A DNA stretch of 64,000 nt, from assembly GCA_012295275.1 (NCBI GenBank), contig CM022674.1, forward strand, positions 16,306,001-16,370,000, in the 5' to 3' direction. Within the stretch, counting starts at the first letter, position 1. Each line of letters begins with the position of its first letter. A model generated the notes under the pieces. That model did not search any database. It was not told where the DNA came from and saw only the letters and a program-made list of their open reading frames with translations. Below, piece by piece: positions 13,051 to 38,631 of the stretch. Source of the DNA: Chrysomallon squamiferum (Eukaryota; Animalia; Mollusca). Made by a program: the position numbers and the translations under genes.

Positions 13051-13668
13051 TGTCATACTGACTCGTGAATCTGTGGGTGCCCTCCCAAAAGACTGAGGTC
13101 CCATAACGCGGACGCATTAAACAATACAAGACAAGGTTGAGCGCATTACTAATAACCTGCCGTTTACCTTGAATAACACGGGGTGTCTCCGTATTATTGT
13201 TCTTATACAGAACTCTATTGTTCTTATATAGAAATCACTGATACGCGCTAACCCCTAGTACAATAAGCGATTATGGAATAGTCTGTATCAATAAATAACC
13301 TGAAAAAAATCGTTCGATCACTTCATCGTTTATTTTACTGCATAGTTAAAATTATAGTCATTCATAACATTTGTTCACTTTATTACATCTATAAATAATT
13401 GGACATTCATAACCTCCACATAGTTAAAATTATAGTTATTCATAACATTTATTCATTTTATTATTTAAGGATGACATACTGATTAAACACCTGTATCTGA
13501 GGCAGTACAAATCATATATAATAAATTATTTATGAACTAAGATTGGATAAAAAAATATGTTGATAATGATGATGATAAATAAATAAATAAAACATATCTT
13601 GAAGTATACATAATGTATTTAGGCTATTTAATTGTATGTAAACAGTGTCATAAAATGTGTACTCTTAC

Positions 13669-16224
<2,556 letters not shown>

Positions 16225-16927
16225 CTGAAAATAGCATTATAAATATAAAATAGACAATAGATATTTAAAAAATAATAAGTATAAAATAATTTTGCTACTT
16301 GCTTAAAAAAGAGAAAAAGGAAATAATAATAATAATAATAATAACAATAATTAATAATAAAAAAAAAACAAAAAAAAAACTAAGTATCTAACAAATAAAT
16401 AAATAAATAAATAAATAAATAAAAATAAATAAGTAAGTGAGTAAGTAAGTAAGTATATACGTAAGTAAATAAATAAATAAATATTAACCAATAAAAGCTA
16501 AGTTATAAATTTATGTAATCTTGCAATTTCGATCATGGCCATATCAACAGATATTTTACTGAATATTTTAATATTTTTTACGATTTGTTCTTCTGCTGCT
16601 AGTGATATTTGTAAGGACAGAGAACATCTGACGTAGTTCAGAGATTAAATACAGAAGTACATACGGGTACTTACCATAAGCATAGAATTGTAGTCTTAGT
16701 TATTAAACGTTGCAGAAAACTGAATGTGTCACGATTATATTGTTTATCGTTACATGGACTTAAAACCTATTCTCCCATATCAACCTAACACGAGAGTATT
16801 TATATCTCCTTTAGCAATATACTATAGCGATATACTGTAGCGATATACCGTAGCGATATACCGTAGCGATACTGATAGCTAAGGGGTTTATGGTGCTCCT
16901 TTTTTTGTTTGCCCTTTCTTTCTTAAG

Positions 16928-16989
<62 letters not shown>

Positions 16990-17070
16990 CGTAATAATGA
17001 TAATGATATATTCATTATAAACAACTTCTAGTTGCCCTTAAATACTGAGCGATTTCTTCCGTGCCAGTGC

Positions 17071-17220
<150 letters not shown>

Positions 17221-17479
17221 TATGCGTGTAACAGGGCAGATTTTTCTTACCGTGATTTTATCGTCTGGTGAGATTAGTCAGCATAATAAATCAGAAGAAC
17301 AGTTCACCTGATCTGTTACAAGTTTCTGCTTTGTTTTGTTCTTGACGACTATTATCTGTTATTGCGACGCATTCTTCCGGAGAGTAAGGTTCCAAATCAT
17401 GGCAAACGAGTCCTAATTTCCGGTCTTGGCATTTGCGCTTGCACACGGACACGAAATAATTGTACATCATTCGTTAGAT

Positions 17480-17518
<39 letters not shown>

Positions 17519-18034
17519 TTTGTTTGTTTGTTTGTTTGTTTGTTTGTTTAATTGTTTACAGATGATACCATATAGCAAATGAATGTACAGTTCAAAAATA
17601 CACTTGGCGCGTTAATTATGTCAGAAAAGTATATTACATAGATCAGTTGAAAATACTGAAACATCTTTGTAACTCAGTTATTTCTTTCTTTCATTTATAG
17701 CTATGGTTGTTGTTGTTGTTGTTGCTTCTGATGTTGTTATTGTTGTTGTTGTTATAATTCTGTATGAAATACTGATATAATGACCGTAAAAAAGGATAGT
17801 GAAGCAAATGACGTCTTATCAATTGAGCTAAAGTCGATCAGGTGTGTAGACACACGCCATGCTATATTTGTATTCGTTATGTCTGTGGCTTATCTTTTGG
17901 TCCAGATATTAAATAACTAAAACTAGGTCCTGGCAGGAGCAAAATAATCCTGAACAAAATAATCTGCTGTTCCGTAATAAAATAATAATGATGATGATTA
18001 TGATGATGATGATCGTATAAATATGGACAAGGAG

Positions 18035-18154
<120 letters not shown>

Positions 18155-18243
18155 TAATAATGACAATAACAATAATAATCTTAATCATAATCATAATCAG
18201 TACTGAAAAATAATTACGATGATGGTAATAAAAGGATGGATAG

Positions 18244-18285
<42 letters not shown>

Positions 18286-19352
18286 CAACAACAACAACAC
18301 AACAATGATAAAACCAATAATTAAGAAAGAAAATGATGTCTGACATTTCATTAATTTAAAATTTTTATAATGTCGTTTTATATTTGTCTTTTTCTCCTTT
18401 CTTTCATCCAATCTTGTTATTCGTTCACTGTTTATATAATTACAGTACCTGATCTGTATAGGACAGTATCGTCAATAAAATCATAAAACAAAGAAGTTTT
18501 CTGAAGTATTCTTAATACATTAATTGATTAATAATGAGTTCATTTATCAGCAATGGGGAACACCTTCAAGCAGGCGGTTTCGATATCTGAAACTTTGTGG
18601 TTCTTTTTTTTTATCAAACTACTGCGTTTAAGGGCTTCAACATCGTATAAGGGAGGTAAGTCTCACAGTCATATTTGGTGAAATAGCAAAGTTCTCGTTC
18701 TTAATGAGTTCACAATTATTAGTAGAAGAATACTGACAAATAATAATGATGATAATACAAATAATAACACCAATAATAACAAATATTATGTGTATTAAAA
18801 AATATATATATATAAATATATATATATATAAATCGGGTAAATTATATTAAATTTGTCTTTAAATCTATAACACAATCACAATCGAGTTTAAATAAAATAA
18901 ATCATATCGCTTGGCTATTTTTCCTTTTATATATTCCATAACTTTGCTTTAGTTGTTTTATTTTTAAAATTATACAGCACTATACCAAGTGGGAAATATA
19001 GGCTCGATTGGAATAAACGATATAATTAAGCAATTGTGGACGAATACATATCATGAATATTTTAACTGTACAAGTAAATGTAGTGTCTATTATGTACTTA
19101 CAAGTAACACAAAGTAGTTTCAGTTATTTGCATTTATTTATCTGTGTTTTTATCTGTATTATTTTTTACGAAACCTTTTTTAAAAATATTAATACTTTAT
19201 GTTAAAGACCCACATTGATCATCCTACACTATCAAAAATATTAATAACCAGAATGTCCGTGTTCGGCTGAAGGGCTAGGATTTCAGTAGGTAAATAAGCC
19301 AGTTAACACTCCATAATACTAATACTAATAATAATACTAATAGTAATAATAA

Positions 19353-19470
<118 letters not shown>

Positions 19471-19641
19471 ACAGTCACTGTTTTCTATATTTTTGAGACT
19501 CGTGTGTAAAAATGGGTACATCCGGTAAGGGTGGAATTAATTTAGTTTGAAATAAAAGATGTAAAATGTAGATTTCAGATATTTAGTGTTGAAATAAAAG
19601 AAGAAAAATGTAGATTTTAGAAACAAAATTATTTTGCTATT

Positions 19642-19675
<34 letters not shown>

Positions 19676-19714
19676 ATAAGAGAAAAAGAAAACAAAATGG
19701 TGGCAAATGCTGTA

Positions 19715-21440
19715 TCCCTAACCTTAACACTAATCCTTAACCTAGCTCAATTTCTAAACTTAATCCCCTGGAAATTCGCAACATGAGTTTTTTCCCTTAC
19801 GCTAACTCCAATCGTGACCCCCAAATTATTTTGCACATTATAAGATCACTAATGATAATATTTTAATCATCCAAGCTCTAACCCTAACTCTTACCCTAAC
19901 CCTAACCCTAACCCCAACCCTAAACGTAGCTCAACTTCTAAACCTAATCCAACGCAGGTCCGGAACATGAATTCTTACCATTTCGCTACTTCCACGTGAC
20001 TCACACATTATGTTGCACATGATCCTAACACTAGTGATACAATTTAAACAACCCTAGGTTTAGCCCTAACCCTAACCCTAACCCTTATCCAAACCCTAAC
20101 CCTAACCTTAACCCTATCTCAATTTCTAAACTTAATCCTACGGAATTCCGCCACATTAATTCTTACCCTTACGCTAATTCGAATCGTGACCTCAAATTAG
20201 TTTGCACATTATTAGATGATTAATGATACAGTTTTAATAATCCTAGCTCTAACCCTAACCCTAAATATATCCCTAACCTTAACCTTAACCCTAGCTCAAT
20301 TTCTAAACCTAAACCTACGGAGGTCCGCAACATTAATTCGTACGATACTTCCAATCGTATCCCACAAATTATCTTGCACATTGTCATAACACTAATGATA
20401 CAGTTTAAATAAAACTACCTCTAACCCTAATCCTAACCCTAACCCTAGCTTAACTACCGAAACTAATGCTACGGAGGTTCGGAATATTAATTCTTACCCT
20501 TACGCTAATTCCAATCGTGAACCACAAATTATTTTTTTTGACATTATCACATTATTACACAAGTGATAAAATTTGAATAACCCTAACCCTAACCCTAACC
20601 CTTAACCGTATCTCAGTTTCAAAGCTCAATCCTACGGAGGTCCGCATCTTTTATTGTTAGCCTTACGCTACTTCCAATCGTGACCCAGAATTTATTTTTC
20701 ACATTATCATAACGTTAATGATAAAACTTAAATAACCGTAGCACTAACACTAACACTAACCCTAACCCTAACCTTAACGCTAGCTCAATTTCTAAAGGAA
20801 TAGTACGGAGGTTCGCAACATTATTTCTTACCCTTACGCTACTTCCAAGCGTGACCCCAAATCATTTTGCATTAACACTAAGGATAAAATTTAAATGATC
20901 CTAGCTCTAACCCTAACCCTAACCGTAGCTTAACATCCAAACCTAATCCTATGGAGGTTGGGAACATTAATTCTTAAGCTTACTCTAATTCAAATCGTTA
21001 CCCTCAGTTTATTTTGGACATTATCATAACACTAAAAATAAAATTTAAATGACTCCAGCTCTAACTCTAACCCTAACACTAATCCTAGGTGAAGTTGTAA
21101 ACCTAATCCTACCCACGTCCTCAATATTAATTCTTACTCTAACTCTACTTTGAGTGGTGACTCTGATATTACTTTGCACATTATCACAACACTCATAATA
21201 AAATTACAATAACCCTTCCTCTATCCCTAATCCTAACCCTAACCTTAAACCTAACCTTAACCCTAACCCTAACTCTATCCTTAGCTCAACTTCTAAACCT
21301 AATCCTACCGAGGTCCCCAACTTTAAATCTTACCCTAACGCTACTTCCAGTCGTGACACTCAAATTATTTTGCAGTTTATCATAACATTTATAATAAAAT
21401 TTAAACAATCCTAACTCTAACTCTAACCCTAACCCTATAT
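19715..21440 (-). repeat. Inverted copy of the TTAGGG-containing satellite (CCCTAA orientation)
   Basis: Reverse complement of 3235-4800 with extra units at about 20990-21230. Confidence 0.9.
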
Positions 21441-22084
21441 CACGGTGCAAACAATGACGTCCTTTACCAAATCCAGTTTTAACTTTTTGGACTTCATACG
21501 AGTAAACAATATATTATGTTCTCTCAACCGCTCCGATCGACAAAGAATTCATAAAGAACTGTAGCAGGTCAAGCATGAATTGTGTATTTCTGTAATTCCT
21601 GGAATCGATGTGGACATAAAACAAGTATGATGGACGGGGAAGTCGAAACTGACAACCAGCAGATAGGAAAAGTATGTCAGGTATTCAGGAGCTGAGCATA
21701 CTAGTTTATGTTAGCTGATAGATATAGTCTGCTACACACAACCTGGTTTTGTTCAACCAAATGTAATTCAGAATGGGCGGTAACCAGAATCTATCTTTGT
21801 TTATTTGCTTATAAAATATTGCCCAGCATTTTCTACTTTTGCAAACACCCTGAATTTTTTTTATTTCAACTGAAACTTCGCCAGTTCTAGAACAATCGAT
21901 CCGCCTTTGAAACGGACCGTAACAGTTAATTAAATACACTGATTAGAAAATCAGTTATATTTTTAATCTTTATTACCAATATTTTATTTCTGCTCTCTAA
22001 AGAAGTAGGCCAGATATGTATATCGGAAAAAAAAGAAGTTTTAAATGTAACAAGGGAACCTTTATCACGAGAGACAAGAAGAAG

Positions 22085-25270
<3,186 letters not shown>

Positions 25271-25309
25271 TTTGATTTGACTTTTGTTTAGTGAAATAAC
25301 ATCAAAATT

Positions 25310-25860
25310 AACAAGATATACATACTAGCTACCTCTAAACTTACTATACTATTACTATAAATACAACCACTAAAACATTAACTAGATGTACATACTAGCT
25401 TTCTCTAAACCTACTAGATCCCTATCTCTAAACCTGTTATACTATTATACAATTACTACTACTAAAACATTAACAAGATGTACATGCTAGCTACCTCTAA
25501 ACATACTATAATATTACTACAATTACTATTACCAACAAATTAACAAGGCATACATGCTAGCTATCTCTAAACCTAATATACTATTACTACAATTACTACT
25601 ACTAAAATATTAACAAGATGTACATGCTAGCTACCTCTAAACATACTATAATATTACTACAATTACTACTACTAAAAAATTAACAAGACATACATGCTAG
25701 CTACCTCTAAACATACTATAATACTACTACAATTACTATTACTAAAAAATTAACAAGATGTACATACTAGCTATCTCTAAACTTACTATACTATTATACA
25801 ATTACTATTACTAAAAAATTAACAAGATGTACATACTAGCTTCCTCTAAACCTACTAGAT
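25310..25860 (+). repeat. 70-bp minisatellite (about 8 units; about 3 units at 28190-28370)
   Basis: TAACAAG at 25471, 25541, 25611, 25681, 25751; unit TAACAAGATGTACATGCTAGCTACCTCTAAACATACTATAATATTACTACAATTACTA... Confidence 0.9.
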
Positions 25861-26542
25861 CCCACACGATATACACTTACAAATATATATTAATACAATA
25901 AAAGAACAGTACGAACAACAAAAGCAACAACATGACTCAATAACAACTACACAGAACAAGCATATAAACACACACTCCCCTCAGTAACAAAACTCCACAA
26001 AGATACAGCAACAAAAAGAAAGATAACAAACATTTCGCCCTAAACCAATCGCTGAAGCAAGACAGTGCAAATCATATTTCAAATGATCATTTCCCTGATG
26101 ACTGTTATACGAATAAACAATTCTGATCGCCTTCTATTTATTTCAGATAAATTGAAAGAATCAGTACGAATTACACAAACATATCAATAATCACTTCATT
26201 ATTAATTAAATGATCCATATTCACTCTAGCATAAAATATTTGTTCACCGAATGTGATTACCATTCTGTTTCGTTTATATATGTTTCAGCTCAATCGAGAG
26301 AAGCTGAAGGAATTATTAGAAAAGGTTTTATTTAACACAGGACTGAAAACAGAAGCTTGTGTCAAACGCTTAATATATTTGAAGAGTTCAGTCTGGTAGT
26401 GACAGTGCCTTGGAAACATTAGTAGAAGAAATTACTAGTTTATTTGGCTCTCTGAAATAACAATTAAATTCTCTTTACGTAATTAGATTCATTTTGTTCT
26501 GAATACAGATATCTGAATTTCGACATTGCTACCATTTATAAA

Positions 26543-27175
26543 ATGGAGGTAATAAAAAAGATCCACGGGATAATATTCTGTGTTTTAGCAATTCTGATAA
26601 TCGTTGTTTCTTTAGCCAATTCCGAGCTTGGAAGTCGTAAGACTTTTCGAAAGTTACCACAGTACAAAGATAAGAAACCTGCAGAAGATCCTTCAAAGGA
26701 ACTGAACGTGACCAGTCAAGTAGGCTGCGTCATAGAATGTTCCAGCTACTTCGGTTGCAAAGGTTTCATCTACAACAACGGAAACGGCATGTGTTATCTG
26801 TACAATGAACCATTGACTTCACTTTCGTTTCTTAGTGAGACAGATACAGAATATTATAGTATGTTGTACTTTGTTTGTTTACTTATATATCAATCAAATG
26901 TTGTATAAAATAAATTTAGAGCTGTTTTATTCATATGTCTGTGTGTTTGTTTATAAGTTTATTTGTTTATATATGAATTATTTGTATTATTTTATTCCTG
27001 AATTATGCATTTATACTTTTCGCATACGAATTTATAAACTCACATCATCATCACTGTTGTTATTATTATTACAGAAAGTGTTCCGTCTGACTGTGTAGAG
27101 ATAATTATGAATGGAGGTAAAACAAGCAGAGTTTATACATGTAGTTATAATAGTAATAATGGTATTATGTTATGA
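26543..27175 (+). CDS. Truncated PAN-FReD paralog: open 138-aa signal peptide + PAN-only protein
   Basis: Exon 1 26543-26858 (GT donor, phase 1); exon 2 from 27075 is cut at the duplication junction 27140 and reads on to TGA 27173-27175; no internal stops. Confidence 0.6.
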
Positions 27176-27445
27176 GTAGTAGCGATTGTTGTTGCTACTG
27201 CTGTTGTTGTTCTTATTATTGTTGTTGTTGATGGTGGTGTTCTTCTTCTTCATTTTGTCACCGGTAGTCTCCTTTTCTTAGTTTTCATTCCTGGAAATTT
27301 CTGATCCTAATATGACACTTTATCTGCGTTTAAATTAAGTCTCTGTCTAGCACTAAAGCGAATGCTGATATAAAAATGAATTACTATTATTAATTCAATG
27401 TCTTTGTCATATTTATTTTTATTATTTGTGTTCTTTCTGTGGTAG

Positions 27446-27888
27446 GCTCATCTTTGATTAGATTCCCACTGAAGGTATTATACGTAGTGACTATGATAAG
27501 AAAACAACACAATTTCTGGCTTTCCAGAGATTTATCATATCTCCTTTGTTGCGAAATTTACCCATTTTCCTAGTCTTTTGATGTTTATAATTCATTCAAA
27601 TTTACGAGCCAACAACAGCCCATCTATCTATCTTTCTAACTAACTACCTAACTACCCAAATAAATAAATAATTACTAATCCTAAATACTAAAAGATAAGG
27701 ATGAAACAAGTTTGTGAGATAGAGAGAGAGAGATAGGAAGAGAAAGTACTGAAAGAAAGATATAATTAACGAGTATAACCATAAAAGAGAGACGGAGACC
27801 ATAACAAAAAAAAAAAATAATAAAAATAAAATATATAATTTAGCAGACATAATTAATCCTGTTAAATGTCGGTGTATCTTGAATATGC

Positions 27889-27923
<35 letters not shown>

Positions 27924-28151
27924 TTTGTTTGTTTGTTTGTTTGTTTATTTATATATTTTTATTTTATTTATTTATTTATTTATCAGATCACAGACTAATT
28001 TGGATAAATAAGAATCAGACGCTGTTGATATGGGAAAATGTGTGGGGTGAAGATCGCGCTCAAATCCCAGTCAATCCCAGAACATTTGTGGGGGATATAA
28101 CTTTTATCCCATGGAATGGACTCATTTTCACAACAGGAGTATGAAAAGGTG
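27446..28151 (+). pseudogene. Duplicated last two exons of the PAN-propeller gene
   Basis: Copies of 24547-24658 (now with a TAG) and 25104-25270 (HRLIWINKNQTLLIWENVWGEDRAQIPVNP..). Confidence 0.7.
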
Positions 28152-29053
28152 ATTTGATTTGACTTTTGTTTAGTGACATTAGATCAAAATTAACAAGATA
28201 TACATACTAGCCACCTCTAAACTTACTATACTATTACTATAATTACAACCACTAAAACATTAACTAGATGTACATACTAGCTTTCTCTAAACCTACTATA
28301 CTATTACTACAATTACTATTACTAAAAAATTAACAAGATGTACATACTAGCTTCCTCTAAACCAACTAGATCCCAGACGATATACACTTACAAATATATA
28401 TTAATACAATAAAATAACAGTACGAACAACAAAAGCAACAACATGACTCAATAACAAATACACAGAACAACCATATAAACACACACTCCCCTCAGTAACA
28501 AAAACCCACAAAGATACAGCAACAAAAAGAAAGATAACAAACATTTCGCCCTAAACCAATCGCTGAAGCAAGACAGAACAAACCATATTTCAAATGATCG
28601 TTTCCCTGATGACTATTATACGAATAAACAATTCTGTTCGCCTTCTATTTATTTCAGATAAATTGAAAGAATCAGTACGAATTACATAAAGATATCAATA
28701 ATCACTTCATTATTAATTAAATGATCCATATTCACTCTAGCATAAAATATTTGTTCACCGAATGTGATTACGATTCTGTTTGGATTCTATATGTTTCAGC
28801 TGAATTGAGAGAAGCTGCAGGAATTATTAGAAAAGGTTTTATTTAACACAGGACTGAAAACAGAAGCTTGTGTCAAACGTTTAATATATTTGAAGAGTTC
28901 AGTCTGGTAGTGACAGTGCCTTGGAAACATTAGTAGAAGAAATTACTAGTTTATTTGGCTCTCTGAAATAACAATTAAATTCTCTTTACGTAATTAGATT
29001 CATTTTGTTCTGAATACAGATATCTGAATTTCGACATTGCTACCATTTATAAA

Positions 29054-31530
<2,477 letters not shown>

Positions 31531-34109
31531 AACTGTGACGAAAATTCGACCATCTTCTGTTTTGAACTAAAAGTGTAATGAAAATTCGACCATCTTCTCC
31601 TTTGAACTAAAAGTGCTTTCTCATTTGAAATGAGACAGTAGTATTCGCCTAATGAATATGAATTGATCACTGGAGATTTAAAATAAAAATAAAGGAAGAG
31701 AAAAAATTCTATTTTAAGGGATATGTTATAGTCTATATATTGAAACTCATAAAGAAAAACAATATATTTAAAAAAAAAAAAAAAAAAAAAGTTCAATTGT
31801 TTATTTCATTTTATGTTGCTAGATTATTTGAAAGTGTTTTATTTATTACTTAAATTTGTAAGTTATGTCTTTGCAAATGGTTTTTAAATGTTAATTTTAC
31901 AACGTACCTTTGGAAACTTTTAAAATTTGAATATATAAACTACTATTTCTGAAGCAGTTGCAGAACGTAAATTTATAAACTGTATTCCAGAAGCAATTCC
32001 TGAATGTAAATATAGCAATGGTCTTTGAAAACAGTTGTTAAATGTGACTTAATAATTGTTGTTTTTGGAAAGTACTAGAAATTCAGATTTAGATAAACAA
32101 TAGTTGTTGAATTTGATACGACATTTATTCGTGTTTTGGATAAAGATAAATTTAATATTATTACTGATATCTAAAAGTTTTGCCACATAACTGTGTATTG
32201 ATTATAAGGATTTATCCCAGCTTCATTCGTGCTTGTTTTTTGTGACTCTATGTAAAAAAACATGTAGTATGTGTTGTATACTGTATAAACAGTTTGTAAA
32301 TAATTCCTCGCTGCTGATATAAAAATGTATTTTGTGAATGTAAAACTATTTGAAATTTCTACCAGTTTTGACTCTAGATTTGAAAATATTTCTATTGTCT
32401 CTTTATTGGAAATAAAATATTTTTTTTATTATTATTTATTTATTTATTTACTTGTTTTATTTATTTATTTGCCTTTTTGTTTGTTTGTTTATTTATTTAT
32501 CTATTTTTCATTAACAGTTTATCGTTCATGATTTCTTATATTTTACATTTGAATATTCATAAAGAAATAAGATAAAAAAATATATAACATTTCTCCATAC
32601 ATAATACATTATTATAATAACTTTAATTTGCATATTTATATTTGTTATTGTTTCATTTTTACATTAGAATTGATAATATATTGTTATACTACTAATAATA
32701 CATATGCTTATTTGTAATATTTTGCATTTGCATATTCATAAAAAAACAACAAAAAAACAACAAAGAAACAACATATATATATATATATTATTTCTTATTA
32801 ATTATATGTTATTAGATATGTTATTAGATAGGCTTTTCCCTTCCATCTCTGAGGTCAAAATTGTCACTGAATGGGAAATAACTTAACTGTGATAAAACCA
32901 GATGAATTCCATTGTATTGGATCAAAGGTCACAAAGGTTTCAGGTTACTATTGAAATCCTGACTGATTTATCTGCCATTGAATGTGTTAAGCTTATTCCT
33001 AATTTGCTACAATAATTATTGTTTTACATTTTCATATTGATAATAATTATGATATAACAATTACTCTGTTTATGTGCATTTTAAACTAAATGTAATTTGT
33101 TATTATTAAGATCATTTTATATTATAATATTGATAATAATTATTGTTTTCATATTGGTAATAATTATGATGTAATAATTATTCTACATTTTAAATTAAAT
33201 GTAATTTATTATTATAATTTGTATATCATATATGCTTAGTAATAATAATTATGTTTGATGATTATTAATTTTCAATTAAATGTTTGTAATTATTATCAGT
33301 GAAATTAATTTCTAAATTTACTCGAATAGTGTGCCCAGTACAGACATGATTGAACACTGACAACGGAAGAAAATTACAAACTGTTTACTCATTATTTTTT
33401 CAATAATTTGTAAAATGTCTTTGATTTGTTTCTTTTAGAAAGGTCTGCTGTAAAATCAGTCAAATCATGATTTTTGCGAATTAAAAAATATTTTTTACTT
33501 TAGAATAATTGTTTTAATTATTATTATTATTATTGAATAATGGAGAGAGGGTGAAACTAACGTAAAATAAAAATAGTTATTCAGAATATAGACAGCATGA
33601 ATTTCAAACATAGACATGGATGAAGAACGTTTCCTCAGAATTCAGTGTAAAAAGTAGAATAACAACAATACACACACACACACACACATATATATATATT
33701 TTTATATATGTATATGTATGTATATATATAATATATATGTGTATGTACATGTGTGTATATATATGTAGATGCAGAAGAGCTTCACTTTGCTCTTGCGGAG
33801 TTCTCACCATTATTATTCTACCTCTATAAAAAATAAATGTTCATCCTTGTTTTTTTTTTTTTTTTTTTTTTTTGACTCACAATATAATTATATCACAGTA
33901 ATAGTAGTGGCATAGAGATATAACATAGCCTTTCGTTTATCGTACGGCCCAGATATGAAGGTTGCATATAGGTTTTCATGCTCAAGGTGTAAATATTTTT
34001 TCCTATAGGTTAACAAACATATAATTTTGATTATTTTTCCCTTAAATTAAGATTCATATAACTTTGTTTATCGTTGCAATAGGTTAACGTAGACATATAA
34101 TCGGTTAAT

Positions 34110-34970
34110 GTTTTTGATAAAGTATTTGCAGCTTTAACAGATAATGGATGTTCTTATTTAAACATTCAGTATTTAATGCCTTTAGATGACTCAACTTTTG
34201 TTGTGTTCCATTATTGAGATAACTGATCATATAAAATTATTTTAACAGCGTATTTTAACCACGAAACAGACACATGAATACATGTTACATACACAGATTT
34301 ATCTAGAATAGCTTTTAAGGAAGATAACCATGGAATTGATATAGCATTTATGGTATGGTTATAAGATACAAACATACATAGTAAGCTAGACAATTGGTAC
34401 TGTTTACAGTTAACAGTCTTTGCCCAAATGTAATCATTCTTATTGTAACACTCATAGAAAATGGATATCTCTCTAATTCATATAATAATACTGGTTTACA
34501 ATCTTGTAAAAACTAATCTAACCGACATTTGATTGATAAATTAACAAATACACTTTTCTAATGCAGCAAACACTGAGTTTGAATCTATGTTGAATAAATC
34601 TTTGTTAGCGTTTATGAAGGATCCACATTTAATTAAAACATGCCCGAGGCATTTAACCTGAGCCACAATTTCTATTTCCATATTATTATATAGAAATCTG
34701 TTTTCAAATTGCCTCTGGAAGAAAAATAATGTTTTGGATTCGCAGCTTTATCTTTTAATTTCCATGTTCTACAATACATTTCAAAACAATGCAGTTCATG
34801 CTGTAAATAATTTTGTGTTGCCCTAGTAGCACAGTGTCATCAGCATAAAACAGGACAAATATCTTGAAATATAGATTAATATTTTTCGCAACAAAATATG
34901 CTATTATGGCTGAACAAACTGCTAAATCATTTAAATATAATGAAAAAAAAAAAAGGTGACAAATTTTCTC
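34110..34970 (-). mobile_element. Non-LTR retrotransposon (CR1/L2-like) reverse-transcriptase remnant
   Basis: The minus strand gives ENLSP..FSLYLNDLA, KIFVLFYADDTVLL (YADD motif), YCRTWKLK and YELERYP; multiple frameshifts. Confidence 0.8.
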
Positions 34971-35257
34971 TTTATTGTTATCATAATAACAATTATAACA
35001 CTAGCAAGAACATCACGAATAATAACAGTAATAACTATAAATTAACAATAACAAAAGTAGTGTAGTAGTAATATTAATGATATTAGAAAGAATACTGTAA
35101 ATATGAAAACAAGTAAATGAGTAATTATTATCACAGTTCTGTTAAAGAATCCACAATAAATTATTTAATAATCATAACTGATGATGTTGTGGTTGCATTG
35201 AACATACTAGAAATTGATTTGTCCTACGTTACATTTATATGTATGTATGTATGTATG

Positions 35258-35317
<60 letters not shown>

Positions 35318-36375
35318 CGAATACATAGCGTAGCAACAAACACATACATAAACAGATACATAGTCATACATACATACATACATACATACACACAATAAAA
35401 CTAATAATCTCTCTGTGAAAACAATAATAATAAAATTAAATTACTTTGTAGGTGTAACTTGAATATTCGATCATATCCAACAGAGTATGAAATAAATAAT
35501 TCACTTGGTTCAATGTTCTAACTTAATACTTTCTCTATATATATCTTTAGTCAAAATGTATGTATATGTACCGTTGTGATTCAGTATATGAAGATGGGTG
35601 TGTGAATAGATGATACATTAGTTGATAAATAGACCGATTATTGAAATCCTGGAAAAGAAGGAATTATTTATTTTATTTTATTTATTTTATACAGCCCACA
35701 TACAGACTCAAAAATATATATTAATAAAATATATGAACAGTAAGAACAATAAAAACAACAAAATAACTGAAACATAAATAGAGAACGAAATCAAAAACAA
35801 ATAAACAAAACAACCAAATAAACAGCCCACCGCCCCGAATTAAAAAAAACCAAAAACACAAAGATGCAGCAAAAAAATATAAAAACAGAATGTTTAGCTA
35901 AAACCAGACCCTGAAGCAAGACATAAAGAAACAAGAAATCAAGACGAGGCAAAAACAGAGGGGAAATATGACAGATTCTACTAGTTCAGCAAGCGTAAAT
36001 ATTAATTTTCAAATCATATTTCAAATGATCATTTCCCTGATGACTATTAAACGAATAAACAATTATGGTCGGCTTCTATTTCTTTCAACTGAATAGAGAG
36101 AATCAATATGAATTATACAGAAAAACAACAATATAATCACTACATTACTAATTAAATTAACCATCTTCAACATCAAAAACTTGTTTACAAAATCTGATTA
36201 CTATTCTGTTTGGCTTCTATATATTTCATTTGAACTGCGAAAATTAATAGCAATTATTAAAGAAAGGTTTTAACAGAATGAAATAGTTCTGCTCTGGACT
36301 GAAAACACAAACTTGAAAAGTTCAGTTTTGTAGTGACAGTCTCTTGGAAATACTAGTAGAACAAATCAATATTTT

Positions 36376-38631
<2,256 letters not shown>

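Noticed and set aside
25310-25860. Regular repeat array as a possible CRISPR
   Set aside because: Head-to-tail 70-bp units with no unique spacers, no cas genes and a eukaryotic context; an ordinary minisatellite.
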